Part shown: positions 56,540-64,000 of the stretch, piece by piece
How the letters are laid out: each line of letters begins with the position of its first letter
Position numbering within the stretch: position 1 is the first letter of the stretch
From: a virus
Length of the DNA: 64,000 bases
Reading direction: 5' to 3' (one strand)
IMG/VR virus record: IMGVR_UViG_3300031963_000094
Span: 7,933-71,932 of that record
Position numbers and translations under genes: made by a program
The notes under the pieces: generated by a model
Databases searched by the model: none
Seen by the model: the letters and a program-made list of their open reading frames with translations, nothing else
What the model was told of the DNA's origin: nothing

Positions 56540-57883
56540 ATGTATTTGTCTGAAAATCTACAATCAAAATGGGAAAGCGTTCTGGATCATCCAGATATGC
56601 CAAAAATTGCTGACCCATATCGTAAAGCAGTTACAGCGGTTATTCTTGAGAACCAAGCTCAAGAGATGATCAAAGAAGGTTCAATTCTGAGCGAAACTGG
56701 TTCTCCAACTAACTTTGCTGGTACAGGTGGTTTTGGTGGCGGTTCTGCTGCTGCTGGTCCAGTTGCTGGTTTCGATCCAATTCTGATCAGCCTGGTTCGT
56801 CGTTCACTGCCTAACCTGATCGCTTATGACGTTTGCGGCGTTCAGCCAATGACAGGTCCTACAGGTCTGATCTTTGCAATGCGTACTAAGTATGCATCAC
56901 AAGGCGGTAACGAAGCATTCTACAACGAAGCAAACACAGCATTCTCGGGTGCTAACGGTGCAATCGTTGCTTCTTCAATGACAATCGCTGGTAACACAAC
57001 AGATTATCTGTTTACAGGTAACGCTGCTCCAACTGGTGCTATGACAACTGGTTCTGCTGAAGCACTGGGTGATGGCGCTGCTGGTAACACATTCCAAGAA
57101 ATGGCATTCTCAATTGAGAAAGTCACTGTAACAGCCCGTACACGTGCGCTGAAAGCAGAATACTCAATGGAACTGGCACAAGACTTGAAAGCAGTTCATG
57201 GTCTTGACGCTGAAACAGAACTGGCTAACATTCTGTCCGCTGAAATTCTTGCTGAAATCAACCGTGAAGTTATCCGTACAATCTACAAGATTGCTAAGCC
57301 AGGTTGCCAAGCAGGTACAACAACTAGAGGCGCATTCAACCTTGACACAGACTCAAACGGTCGTTGGATGGTTGAAAAGATCAAAGGTCTGGCATTCCAG
57401 ATTGAGCGTGAAGCAAACCAAATCGCTAAGACAACCCGTCGTGGAAAAGGTAACATCGTTATCTGTTCTTCAGACGTAGCATCTGCTTTGGCGATGGCTG
57501 GTATCCTTGACTATAACTCAGCACTTGCTGGTCAAGTATCACTGACAGTTGACGATACTGGTAATACATTTGCTGGTACAATCTTCGGTCGTATCAAAGT
57601 TTACATCGATCCATACTTCCCAGTTGGTTCGACATCCGAATTTGCTGTAGTTGGTTACAAAGGCACAAACGCATACGATGCTGGTATGTTCTACTGCCCA
57701 TACGTACCGCTGCAAATGGTTCGTGCAGTTGATACTGGTACATTCCAGCCAAAGATTGGCTTCAAGACTCGTTACGGTCTGGTAGCAAATCCATTCGCAG
57801 AAGGTACAGATCAAGGCCTCGGCGCTCTGACAACACAGAGCAACAACTACTACCGTGGCTTCCGTATCGCAAACCTGATGTAA
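56540..57883 (+). CDS. gp23: Major capsid protein
   Basis: LISLVRR..PNLIAYD.CGVQPM.GPTGLIFAMR; EM.FSIEK..V.A..RALKAEY..ELAQDLKA.HGLDAE.ELANILS.EI; YCPYVPL; FQPKIGFKTRYG. Confidence 0.98.
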   Translation: MYLSENLQSKWESVLDHPDMPKIADPYRKAVTAVILENQAQEMIKEGSILSETGSPTNFAGTGGFGGGSAAAGPVAGFDPILISLVRRSLPNLIAYDVCGVQPMTGPTGLIFAMRTKYASQGGNEAFYNEANTAFSGANGAIVASSMTIAGNTTDYLFTGNAAPTGAMTTGSAEALGDGAAGNTFQEMAFSIEKVTVTARTRALKAEYSMELAQDLKAVHGLDAETELANILSAEILAEINREVIRTIYKIAKPGCQAGTTTRGAFNLDTDSNGRWMVEKIKGLAFQIEREANQIAKTTRRGKGNIVICSSDVASALAMAGILDYNSALAGQVSLTVDDTGNTFAGTIFGRIKVYIDPYFPVGSTSEFAVVGYKGTNAYDAGMFYCPYVPLQMVRAVDTGTFQPKIGFKTRYGLVANPFAEGTDQGLGALTTQSNNYYRGFRIANLM

Positions 57884-57912
57884 TTAAATAACCACCGTAG
57901 AGTGGGATTTAG

Positions 57913-57940
57913 AGAGACACCTTCGGGTGTCTCTTTTTTT
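57913..57940 (+). terminator. Rho-independent terminator with cUUCGg tetraloop after gp23
   Basis: agagacacc-ttcg-ggtgtctct followed by T run. Confidence 0.93.
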
Positions 57941-57946
57941 ATGGCG

Positions 57947-57954
57947 CATAAATA
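57947..57954 (+). promoter_or_regulatory. Late promoter CATAAATA, 5 nt before the gp3 ATG
   Basis: CATAAATAgaagtATG immediately after the terminator. Confidence 0.65.
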
Positions 57955-57959
57955 GAAGT

Positions 57960-58499
57960 ATGACAGTCCTCACACGAAACCCTACAAATCCAAATTCGTT
58001 ACAGCCTAACAAGTTTACGCTGAACCTGGCTCGTACACCGAATTTACAATACTTTGCTCAAACGATTTCTTTGCCTGGTCTTTCTACATCCGAAATTCCA
58101 GTACAGAACCCGTTCGTTGAACTGTATGCGCCAGGCGAAAAAGCAATCTACGATGTGTTGAATGTTACTTTTATTGTTGATGCTGAGTTACTTTCTTGGT
58201 TAGAAATACACGATTGGCTTCGTGCTGTAACATTCCCAACAGAGTATGAAGAATATCAAAACTTAGCCAAGCTAAATCAATTTGCTTCAGCAATACCAAC
58301 AAGCACTCCACAATACTCTGACGGTGCGGTAACACTTCTATCAGCATCAAACAAGCCTTATTACCGTTTCAACTTCAAAGATTTATTTCCAATCTCACTA
58401 TCTGGTTTTGTCTTATCATCTACCGATACTCCAGACACAATCATTACAGCAGACGCTACATTCAGATTTACCTATTATAACGTAGAAAAATTATTCTAA
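57960..58499 (+). CDS. gp3: Tail completion / tube terminator protein
   Basis: N.L.P..F......P...YF.Q...LPG; PG....Y..L.V.FIVD......EIH.W; SD..L...S..N......F.D.FP.SL...A.F....Y; ATG 57960 preferred to GTG 57927, which lies inside the terminator. Confidence 0.9.
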   Translation: MTVLTRNPTNPNSLQPNKFTLNLARTPNLQYFAQTISLPGLSTSEIPVQNPFVELYAPGEKAIYDVLNVTFIVDAELLSWLEIHDWLRAVTFPTEYEEYQNLAKLNQFASAIPTSTPQYSDGAVTLLSASNKPYYRFNFKDLFPISLSGFVLSSTDTPDTIITADATFRFTYYNVEKLF

Positions 58500-58500
58500 A

Positions 58501-58511
58501 TGTGATATACT
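58501..58511 (+). promoter_or_regulatory. Sigma70-type extended -10 promoter (TGTGaTATACT) before uvsY
   Basis: TRTGn + TATACT, followed by strong SD AGGAGGT at 58518-58524. Confidence 0.6.
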
Positions 58512-58529
58512 CCTGACAGGAGGTATACT

Positions 58530-58964
58530 ATGACAAAACTTGAAGAAGTATTACAAATGTGGACTGCGGATTCAAACATTGACCGCACTGAACCAGGTAA
58601 AGCACTGATTGATATTCCTAAACTTCATTCGAAGTATCTGAACATTCTTTCTTCCCATCGACTGCTGGCTAAGGAAGCAGACTTCAACTACAATAAATGG
58701 CGTAAGTTGAAATGGGAATATTACACTGGTAGACTTGATGAAGATGAACTTGAGAAACGTGGATGGCAACCATTTCCATACACACTCAAATCCGAGATCA
58801 ATACATACTTAGAAGCTGATGAAGATATCAACAAGTATCTTGCCAAGAAATTGTTACATGAAGAAATTGTTGAAGTCTGTCAAGCAATATTGAAAGAGTT
58901 AAATAACAGGACTTGGGAGTTGAGATCCTTTATTGATTGGGAAAAGTTTATACAAGGTGTCTGA
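58530..58964 (+). CDS. uvsY: Recombination mediator UvsY
   Basis: W..DS.ID.......IP.LH.KYL; KW.YY.G; Y..AD.D; I...L..R......IDW.KF..G. Confidence 0.9.
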   Translation: MTKLEEVLQMWTADSNIDRTEPGKALIDIPKLHSKYLNILSSHRLLAKEADFNYNKWRKLKWEYYTGRLDEDELEKRGWQPFPYTLKSEINTYLEADEDINKYLAKKLLHEEIVEVCQAILKELNNRTWELRSFIDWEKFIQGV

Positions 58965-60438
58965 TTTAATATTATACAAACAGAATGAAGCATTCATCAG
59001 GTTTGCGTGTGAAAAAAGTGTCGCACAAGAACTTGCTGACTACTTTACTTTTTTTGTGCCAGGCTATCAATTTATGCCGGCATACAAGAATCGGTTGTGG
59101 GATGGCCGCATAAGACTTGCTGACTTACGTACACACACTATCTATCATGGTCTTGTGCCTTACATCCAGAAGTTTTGTGAAGAAAGAGACTACAAACTTG
59201 AGATTGATTCTGTTGTAAGCAATACAGAGAGTTTTTCAGCGATTGAAGCTAATGAGTTTCTAGAGCAACTTCAATTAGACAAGAGCATTATAGCAGAAGG
59301 TGTCAGGGACTATCAATACAAAGCCTTCATATTTGCCGTTAGAAACAAGCGAATGTTGTTATTATCACCGACTGGTTCTGGTAAGTCGTTGATTCAATAC
59401 TTGATATTACGTTATCTACAACACAAAGGTTATAAGAAAGGATTGCTAATTGTTCCTACAACTTCTCTTGTTGAGCAAATGTATTCTGATTTTCAATCTT
59501 ATGGCTACGATGCCGCAAACTATGCCCATCGACAGTATTCAGGAAAAGATAAACATACAGATAAATTTTTGACCATTACAACATGGCAATCTATCTACAA
59601 GAACCCTGCCGAATACTTTGAGCAGTTTGATTTTGTATTGGGCGATGAAGCACATCAGTTCAAAGCAAAGTCATTAACTACCATTATGACTGGTCTGAAG
59701 AATGCCAAGTATCGGATTGGTTGTACTGGCACAATTGACGGTACGCAAACACATAAACTTGTATTGGAAGGTTTGTTTGGTCCAGTATATCAATCGACCA
59801 CTACTGCCAAGTTAATTGAAAACAAACAACTAGCAGACTTTCGTATCAAGTGTTTGGTGTTGAAATATCCAGAAGAAGTGTGTAAACTTTCCAGAGGCTG
59901 GGACTATCAGTCTGAGATAGACTACATAGTAAAAAGTACCGCACGAAATGAGTTCATTCGGAATCTTGTATTATCATTAGAAGGTAACTCACTGGTACTA
60001 TTCAATCTAGTAGAGAAACATGGTAAACATCTACACAAGATGATTGAAGAGAAAGCTGGTAATAGACATGTGTTTTTTGTTTACGGTGGCACAGACGTTG
60101 ATGTTCGTGAACAAGTTCGTGCTATTACCGAAAAGCAAAATGATGCCATTATAGTTGCTTCTTATGGCACTTTTTCTACAGGGATTAATATACGTAATCT
60201 CCACAATGTTGTTTTTGCTTCACCGTCTAAGTCAAGGGTAAGAAACCTTCAGTCGATTGGTAGGGGTTTACGAATTGGAGAAAATAAAACCGAAGCAGTT
60301 CTTTATGACATAGCAGACGATTTTCGTATTGGTAAACATGTGAATTATACCTTGACACATCTTCAAGATCGTGTTAGGATATACGATGAAGAAAAATTCA
60401 AATACAAGTTTTACAATATAGAGGTCAAGAATGCATAA
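58957..60438 (+). CDS. uvsW: SF2 DNA helicase UvsW
   Basis: F.F.VPG..FMP.Y....WDG.IRL; SPTGSGKS; DEAH; G.TGT; ASYGTFSTGINI.NLH; LQSIGRGLR; probable GTG start at 58957. Confidence 0.96.
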   Translation: MSDLILYKQNEAFIRFACEKSVAQELADYFTFFVPGYQFMPAYKNRLWDGRIRLADLRTHTIYHGLVPYIQKFCEERDYKLEIDSVVSNTESFSAIEANEFLEQLQLDKSIIAEGVRDYQYKAFIFAVRNKRMLLLSPTGSGKSLIQYLILRYLQHKGYKKGLLIVPTTSLVEQMYSDFQSYGYDAANYAHRQYSGKDKHTDKFLTITTWQSIYKNPAEYFEQFDFVLGDEAHQFKAKSLTTIMTGLKNAKYRIGCTGTIDGTQTHKLVLEGLFGPVYQSTTTAKLIENKQLADFRIKCLVLKYPEEVCKLSRGWDYQSEIDYIVKSTARNEFIRNLVLSLEGNSLVLFNLVEKHGKHLHKMIEEKAGNRHVFFVYGGTDVDVREQVRAITEKQNDAIIVASYGTFSTGINIRNLHNVVFASPSKSRVRNLQSIGRGLRIGENKTEAVLYDIADDFRIGKHVNYTLTHLQDRVRIYDEEKFKYKFYNIEVKNA

Positions 60439-60847
60439 CGTTAAACTTATAAGAATGCAATCTGGTGAAGATATCATGGCTTCTATGTTAGAAGATGGCG
60501 AATCTGATCAAATACAAATCAATGATCCTATGCGTATTGTCTTTCGTCGATTGCCTACAGGTCAGACGGTCATGATGATGATGCCTTGGTTGCCAGTCGA
60601 ATTGATCAAAGAGAACTCTGCGATGATTTATTATTCTGATATAGTAACTGTTGTTGAACCAAAAGAATCAATGATAAGGTACTATGATAAACTTGTTGAG
60701 CGTACAATTGAAGAAATGTCAGATTCAGATAAGATGATTGACAATCTTCTAGAAGAGCAAGAAAGTGAAGAAGAAGACACTCAGCAAAAAATTATGGAAG
60801 AAATAATTCAAGACATTCACGATATGAAGAATAGAAAACTACATTAA
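60431..60847 (+). CDS. Conserved T4-like hypothetical protein (Sm-like fold likely)
   Basis: VKL.R..SGEDI.A......I..P...PW......I....IV....P......Y, acidic tail ending KLH; follows uvsW. Confidence 0.6.
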   Translation: MHNVKLIRMQSGEDIMASMLEDGESDQIQINDPMRIVFRRLPTGQTVMMMMPWLPVELIKENSAMIYYSDIVTVVEPKESMIRYYDKLVERTIEEMSDSDKMIDNLLEEQESEEEDTQQKIMEEIIQDIHDMKNRKLH

Positions 60848-60861
60848 TAGGAAATTTTGTT

Positions 60862-62382
60862 ATGTCAAAAGTGGTGACATTTGTGATACCAAGCAGTGCT
60901 GCTCAAGCATATCAAGCACTATCTAATAAGTATTCGGCTATCGAGCCACCAACATGGGCATTGCTTCTAGCAAATGCTGTTCGTGTAGAAGGTCATGATC
61001 CTTGTATTTTAGATTTTGATGCTGATCCATCACCAGACATTGAACATGCCGCACACCGAATTTCTGGTACCAACACAGATATAGCAGTCTTTGTTCTTTA
61101 CGGACAAAATCCAAACTCAGGCACCACAATGATGATTGGTGCATCAAGACTAGCAAGACAACTCAAACTCATTCGACCTTCAATCAAAATCGTATTCATT
61201 GGATCACATGCTTCAGCACTACCATATGATGTAATTGGTTTGCCATATGTTGATTTCGTATTCATCAACGAAGGTGTATATGGTCTATTAGACTTGCTTC
61301 AAACGAATTACAAAGATCATCTAGACAAAGTTCGTGGTCTTGTTTACAAGAAGCATGGTTTTGCTGCTACAGGTGCTCCAGGTGAGATTGTAAAAACAGA
61401 AGACATGGATCGTGTGATGCCCGGTTATGCTTGGGACTTGTTACCAAAGAAAAGAAAATTACTAGACAAGTATCGGGCTCATTATTGGCACACAAATTTC
61501 TTAGATGAAGATCGTACACCATTTGCTGCTATCTCAACATCACTGGGTTGTTCATTTGGTTGTAACTTCTGTATGATCAATATTGTGAATCGTACATCAT
61601 ACGAACAAGGAACAGTATCATCAGATTCACGTGGTATGCGTTTCTGGTCACCTGAGTTGATGCTCAAAGAGTTTGAGTATTTGTATGAGAATGGTGTTCG
61701 TACAGTGCGGCTGACTGATGAGATGTTCTTTCTGAACAAGAAATATTACATACCAATTCTTGAAGGTATCAAACAACGTGGTATGGATTTCAACTTTTGG
61801 GCATACGCACGTGTTGACTCTGTGCGTAAAGATCAACTAGAATTGTTCAAAGAAGCAGGTGTTAATTGGCTAGCACTTGGTATTGAAGCAGGCAATCCAC
61901 AAGTTCGTTTAGAGATTGACAAAGGTCGATTTAAACAAGTTGATATTCGTGAAGTTGTACAAGACATTAAAGATGCTGGTATCAGTGTACTAGGTAATTA
62001 TATGTTTGGTTTTCCAGAAGATACGCAAGAAACCATGCAAGAAACACTCGACCTTGCACTAGAGTTAAATTGTGAACACGCTAACTTCTACGCCGCAATG
62101 GCATTACCAGGCAGTCCATTATATATGGAAGCAGTCAACAATGGTTGGGACTTACCAGAGACATTTGAAGAGTTTGCTTTCCTATCATACGATTGTAAAC
62201 CACTGCGTACAAAAGCATTGAGTGGCGCTGAAGTTTTAAAGTTTCGTGATGAAGCATGGCACAAATACTTTTCACATGAGCCATTTCTAAATCTTGTTGA
62301 GAATAAATTTGGAATACAGTCAAGACAAAACATTCAAGAAATGTCAAAGATTAAATTGAAGAGGAAGATACTAGGTGACTAA
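60862..62382 (+). CDS. Cobalamin-binding radical SAM enzyme (class B methyltransferase-like)
   Basis: N-terminal B12-binding-like domain (PP.W..LLA...G...ILD...G.H....P...EG); CxxxCxxC motif GCSFGCNFC; LG.E.G; .MFG.PEDT; PGS.LY. Confidence 0.88.
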   Translation: MSKVVTFVIPSSAAQAYQALSNKYSAIEPPTWALLLANAVRVEGHDPCILDFDADPSPDIEHAAHRISGTNTDIAVFVLYGQNPNSGTTMMIGASRLARQLKLIRPSIKIVFIGSHASALPYDVIGLPYVDFVFINEGVYGLLDLLQTNYKDHLDKVRGLVYKKHGFAATGAPGEIVKTEDMDRVMPGYAWDLLPKKRKLLDKYRAHYWHTNFLDEDRTPFAAISTSLGCSFGCNFCMINIVNRTSYEQGTVSSDSRGMRFWSPELMLKEFEYLYENGVRTVRLTDEMFFLNKKYYIPILEGIKQRGMDFNFWAYARVDSVRKDQLELFKEAGVNWLALGIEAGNPQVRLEIDKGRFKQVDIREVVQDIKDAGISVLGNYMFGFPEDTQETMQETLDLALELNCEHANFYAAMALPGSPLYMEAVNNGWDLPETFEEFAFLSYDCKPLRTKALSGAEVLKFRDEAWHKYFSHEPFLNLVENKFGIQSRQNIQEMSKIKLKRKILGD

Positions 62383-62974
62383 GCAAGAACTTATAGCATT
62401 CGAAGAAAAGATGGCAGATCATTTTAATAATGGTCGTATTCGTGCGCCTATTCATCTTTACTACGGCAATGAAAATGAAATGATTAAAATATTCAAAAAC
62501 ATTCGTTCAAAAGATTGGGTGTTTTGTTCATGGCGTTCACACTATCAATGTTTACTCAAAGGTGTACCACCAGAACAATTGGAAAAAGATATACTAGAAG
62601 GTAAATCAATTTCATTGTGCTATCCTGAATACAACATCTATTCAACAGCGATTGTTGGTGGTAACATACCAATTGCTGTTGGTGCGGCGATGGCTATGAA
62701 GAGAAAAAAGATTGATACAAAAGTCTATTGCTTTGTTGGTGATATGACTGCTGAATCAGGTATTTTTATGGAGAATTTTAAATACTCCATGCAACAAGAA
62801 CTGCCTATTAAATTTATTGTTGAAGACAATGGTAAATCTGTTTGCACTGATACAGCAAAAACTTGGGGTGTAGAAGAATCATCATACACAAATGTCGAGA
62901 ATGAATACATCTATTACTATGAATATGAAACCAAATATCCACATGCTGGTGCTGGAGTGAGGGTACAATTTTGA
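62375..62974 (+). CDS. ThDP-dependent dehydrogenase E1-alpha-like subunit (short)
   Basis: HL..G.E; S.R.H...L.KG; IVGG.IP.AVG.A; ThDP motif variant GDM...EDN; 199 aa. Confidence 0.85.
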   Translation: MTKQELIAFEEKMADHFNNGRIRAPIHLYYGNENEMIKIFKNIRSKDWVFCSWRSHYQCLLKGVPPEQLEKDILEGKSISLCYPEYNIYSTAIVGGNIPIAVGAAMAMKRKKIDTKVYCFVGDMTAESGIFMENFKYSMQQELPIKFIVEDNGKSVCTDTAKTWGVEESSYTNVENEYIYYYEYETKYPHAGAGVRVQF

Positions 62975-63501
62975 AATACTTTGACGAACTAAAAGCATCA
63001 ATGGATATGCTTGCAAAAGACCCACGTGTTGTCTTTATAGGCCAAGCTGTAGAGTATGCTGGCACAGCAATGTCAAATACATTGAAAGATGTGCCAAAAG
63101 AAAAACTGATTGAAATGCCCGTGTTTGAAGACACTCAAATGGGCATGACACTTGGACTTGCACTTGCAGGTTATATACCCGTGAGCATTTTTCCACGTTG
63201 GAATTTTTTGATCTGTGCAACGAATCAACTTGTGAATCATGTTGATAAGATAAAGAGAATGTCTGATTACAAACCGAGAATGATTATACGAACAAGTATT
63301 GGTTCAGAAAGACCTTTACATCCACAACATCAACACGTTGGCGATTATACAGAAGCATACAGAATGATGTGTCCGAACATTGATATAGTCAGACTTGAAG
63401 AGCCGAGACAAATCTTCAATGCATACTGTAGCGCATATCTAAGAACAGATGGTAAAGCAACTCTGCTTGTTGAGTATGGTGATTATTATAACGAAAAATG
63501 A
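62971..63501 (+). CDS. ThDP-dependent E1-beta / transketolase pyrimidine-binding subunit (no C-terminal domain)
   Basis: DP.V..IGQ; IEMPV.E..Q.G...GLAL.G..P; FL..A.NQLVN; HQH; 176 aa. Confidence 0.82.
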   Translation: MKYFDELKASMDMLAKDPRVVFIGQAVEYAGTAMSNTLKDVPKEKLIEMPVFEDTQMGMTLGLALAGYIPVSIFPRWNFLICATNQLVNHVDKIKRMSDYKPRMIIRTSIGSERPLHPQHQHVGDYTEAYRMMCPNIDIVRLEEPRQIFNAYCSAYLRTDGKATLLVEYGDYYNEK

Positions 63502-64000
63502 TTATATCTAAAACTCCTTATCGTCTTTCTCTGTTTGGTGGTGGTACAGATTATCCAGATTGGTTTCAGTCAAGGCAGAGTAAAGTAATTTCTGCCGCAA
63601 TGGCGCATTACTGCTATATAAATTTAAAAAAATTGCCGCCCTATTTTGATTATGTGAACAGAGTTATCTACTCAAAAATAGAAAGTGTCAATGATATTTC
63701 ACATATAGATCATCCTTCTGTAAGGGAGTGTTTAAAATACTATGGTATACTTAATGGAATTTCTATTACTCACGATGGTGATTTGCCTGCTCGTTCTGGT
63801 ATTGGATCATCTTCTTCGTTTACTGTTGGACTGATTCATGCTATACTTACAGCACAGGGCAAGTTGCCTACACCTCATGATCTAGCACTTGATGCTATCA
63901 ATATAGAACAAAACTATATTGGTGAATCTGTCGGTGTTCAAGATCAAATTATGGCAGCGTATGGTGGCATTCGTGTGATTGAACTTTCTGGCGCAAATAT
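63498..64000 (+). CDS. GHMP-family sugar kinase, HddA-like (D-glycero-D-manno-heptose-7-phosphate kinase type); runs off the right edge
   Basis: Hand translation MIISKTPYRLSLFGGGTDYP...HP.VRE.L...DLPARSGIGSSSSFTVGL...AI.IEQ..IGE.VG.QDQ..AAYGG; ATGA overlap with the upstream stop. Confidence 0.88.
   Translation, partial: MIISKTPYRLSLFGGGTDYPDWFQSRQSKVISAAMAHYCYINLKKLPPYFDYVNRVIYSKIESVNDISHIDHPSVRECLKYYGILNGISITHDGDLPARSGIGSSSSFTVGLIHAILTAQGKLPTPHDLALDAINIEQNYIGESVGVQDQIMAAYGGIRVIELSGAN

Noticed and set aside
47421-57883. Introns, inteins or homing endonucleases in gp17, gp20 or gp23
   Set aside because: All are continuous and of ordinary length with no inserted domains
57884-57910. Small hairpin (ccac-cgtaga-gtgg) and ATTAAATA between the gp23 stop and terminator as a possible small RNA
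   Set aside because: A 4-bp stem in a short 3' UTR is too weak to support a call
57883-57960. No gp24 vertex gene after gp23
   Set aside because: Usual for distant T4-like phages; not novel
62375-63501. Pyruvate dehydrogenase auxiliary metabolic genes
   Set aside because: Subunits are too short, no E2/E3 is adjacent, and the context is sugar biosynthesis
1-64000. tRNA, rRNA or structured ncRNA genes; alternative genetic code
   Set aside because: Intergenic gaps are mostly under 100 bp with no cloverleaf motifs seen; core genes translate full length with the standard code

Overview
This window is the morphogenesis region of a large T4-like (exo-T-even-type gene order) myophage: AT-rich, densely coded, standard genetic code. 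From left to right it holds: (i) a minus-strand block of gp4, gp2, a gp54/gp19-like tube initiator, gp26-like, gp51-like and two paralogous tape-measure/hub-like genes; (ii) baseplate genes gp48, gp53, gp27, gp5, PAAR, gp25, gp6, gp7, gp8 and a large DUF4815/VrlC-like protein; (iii) a ~21 kb fibre/receptor-binding region built from repeated modules; (iv) gp13-gp16, a Dps/ferritin gene, gp17-gp23 and gp3; (v) uvsY, uvsW and the start of an accessory sugar-modification cluster (B12 radical SAM, minimal split ThDP enzyme, HddA-like GHMP kinase). The main leads are: a probable -1 ribosomal frameshift fusing gp26-like to a start-less gp51-like ORF directly upstream of the tape-measure-like gene (lambda G/GT-like arrangement); a modular 'C-terminal tag + small adaptor' fibre system with two parallel receptor-binding cassettes; late promoters placed 4-6 nt from start codons (possible leaderless late mRNAs); a Dps gene between the terminase subunits; and the sugar cluster. 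All product calls come from motif recognition and synteny by eye; no database searches were run. I saw no tRNA, rRNA, CRISPR array or mobile element.
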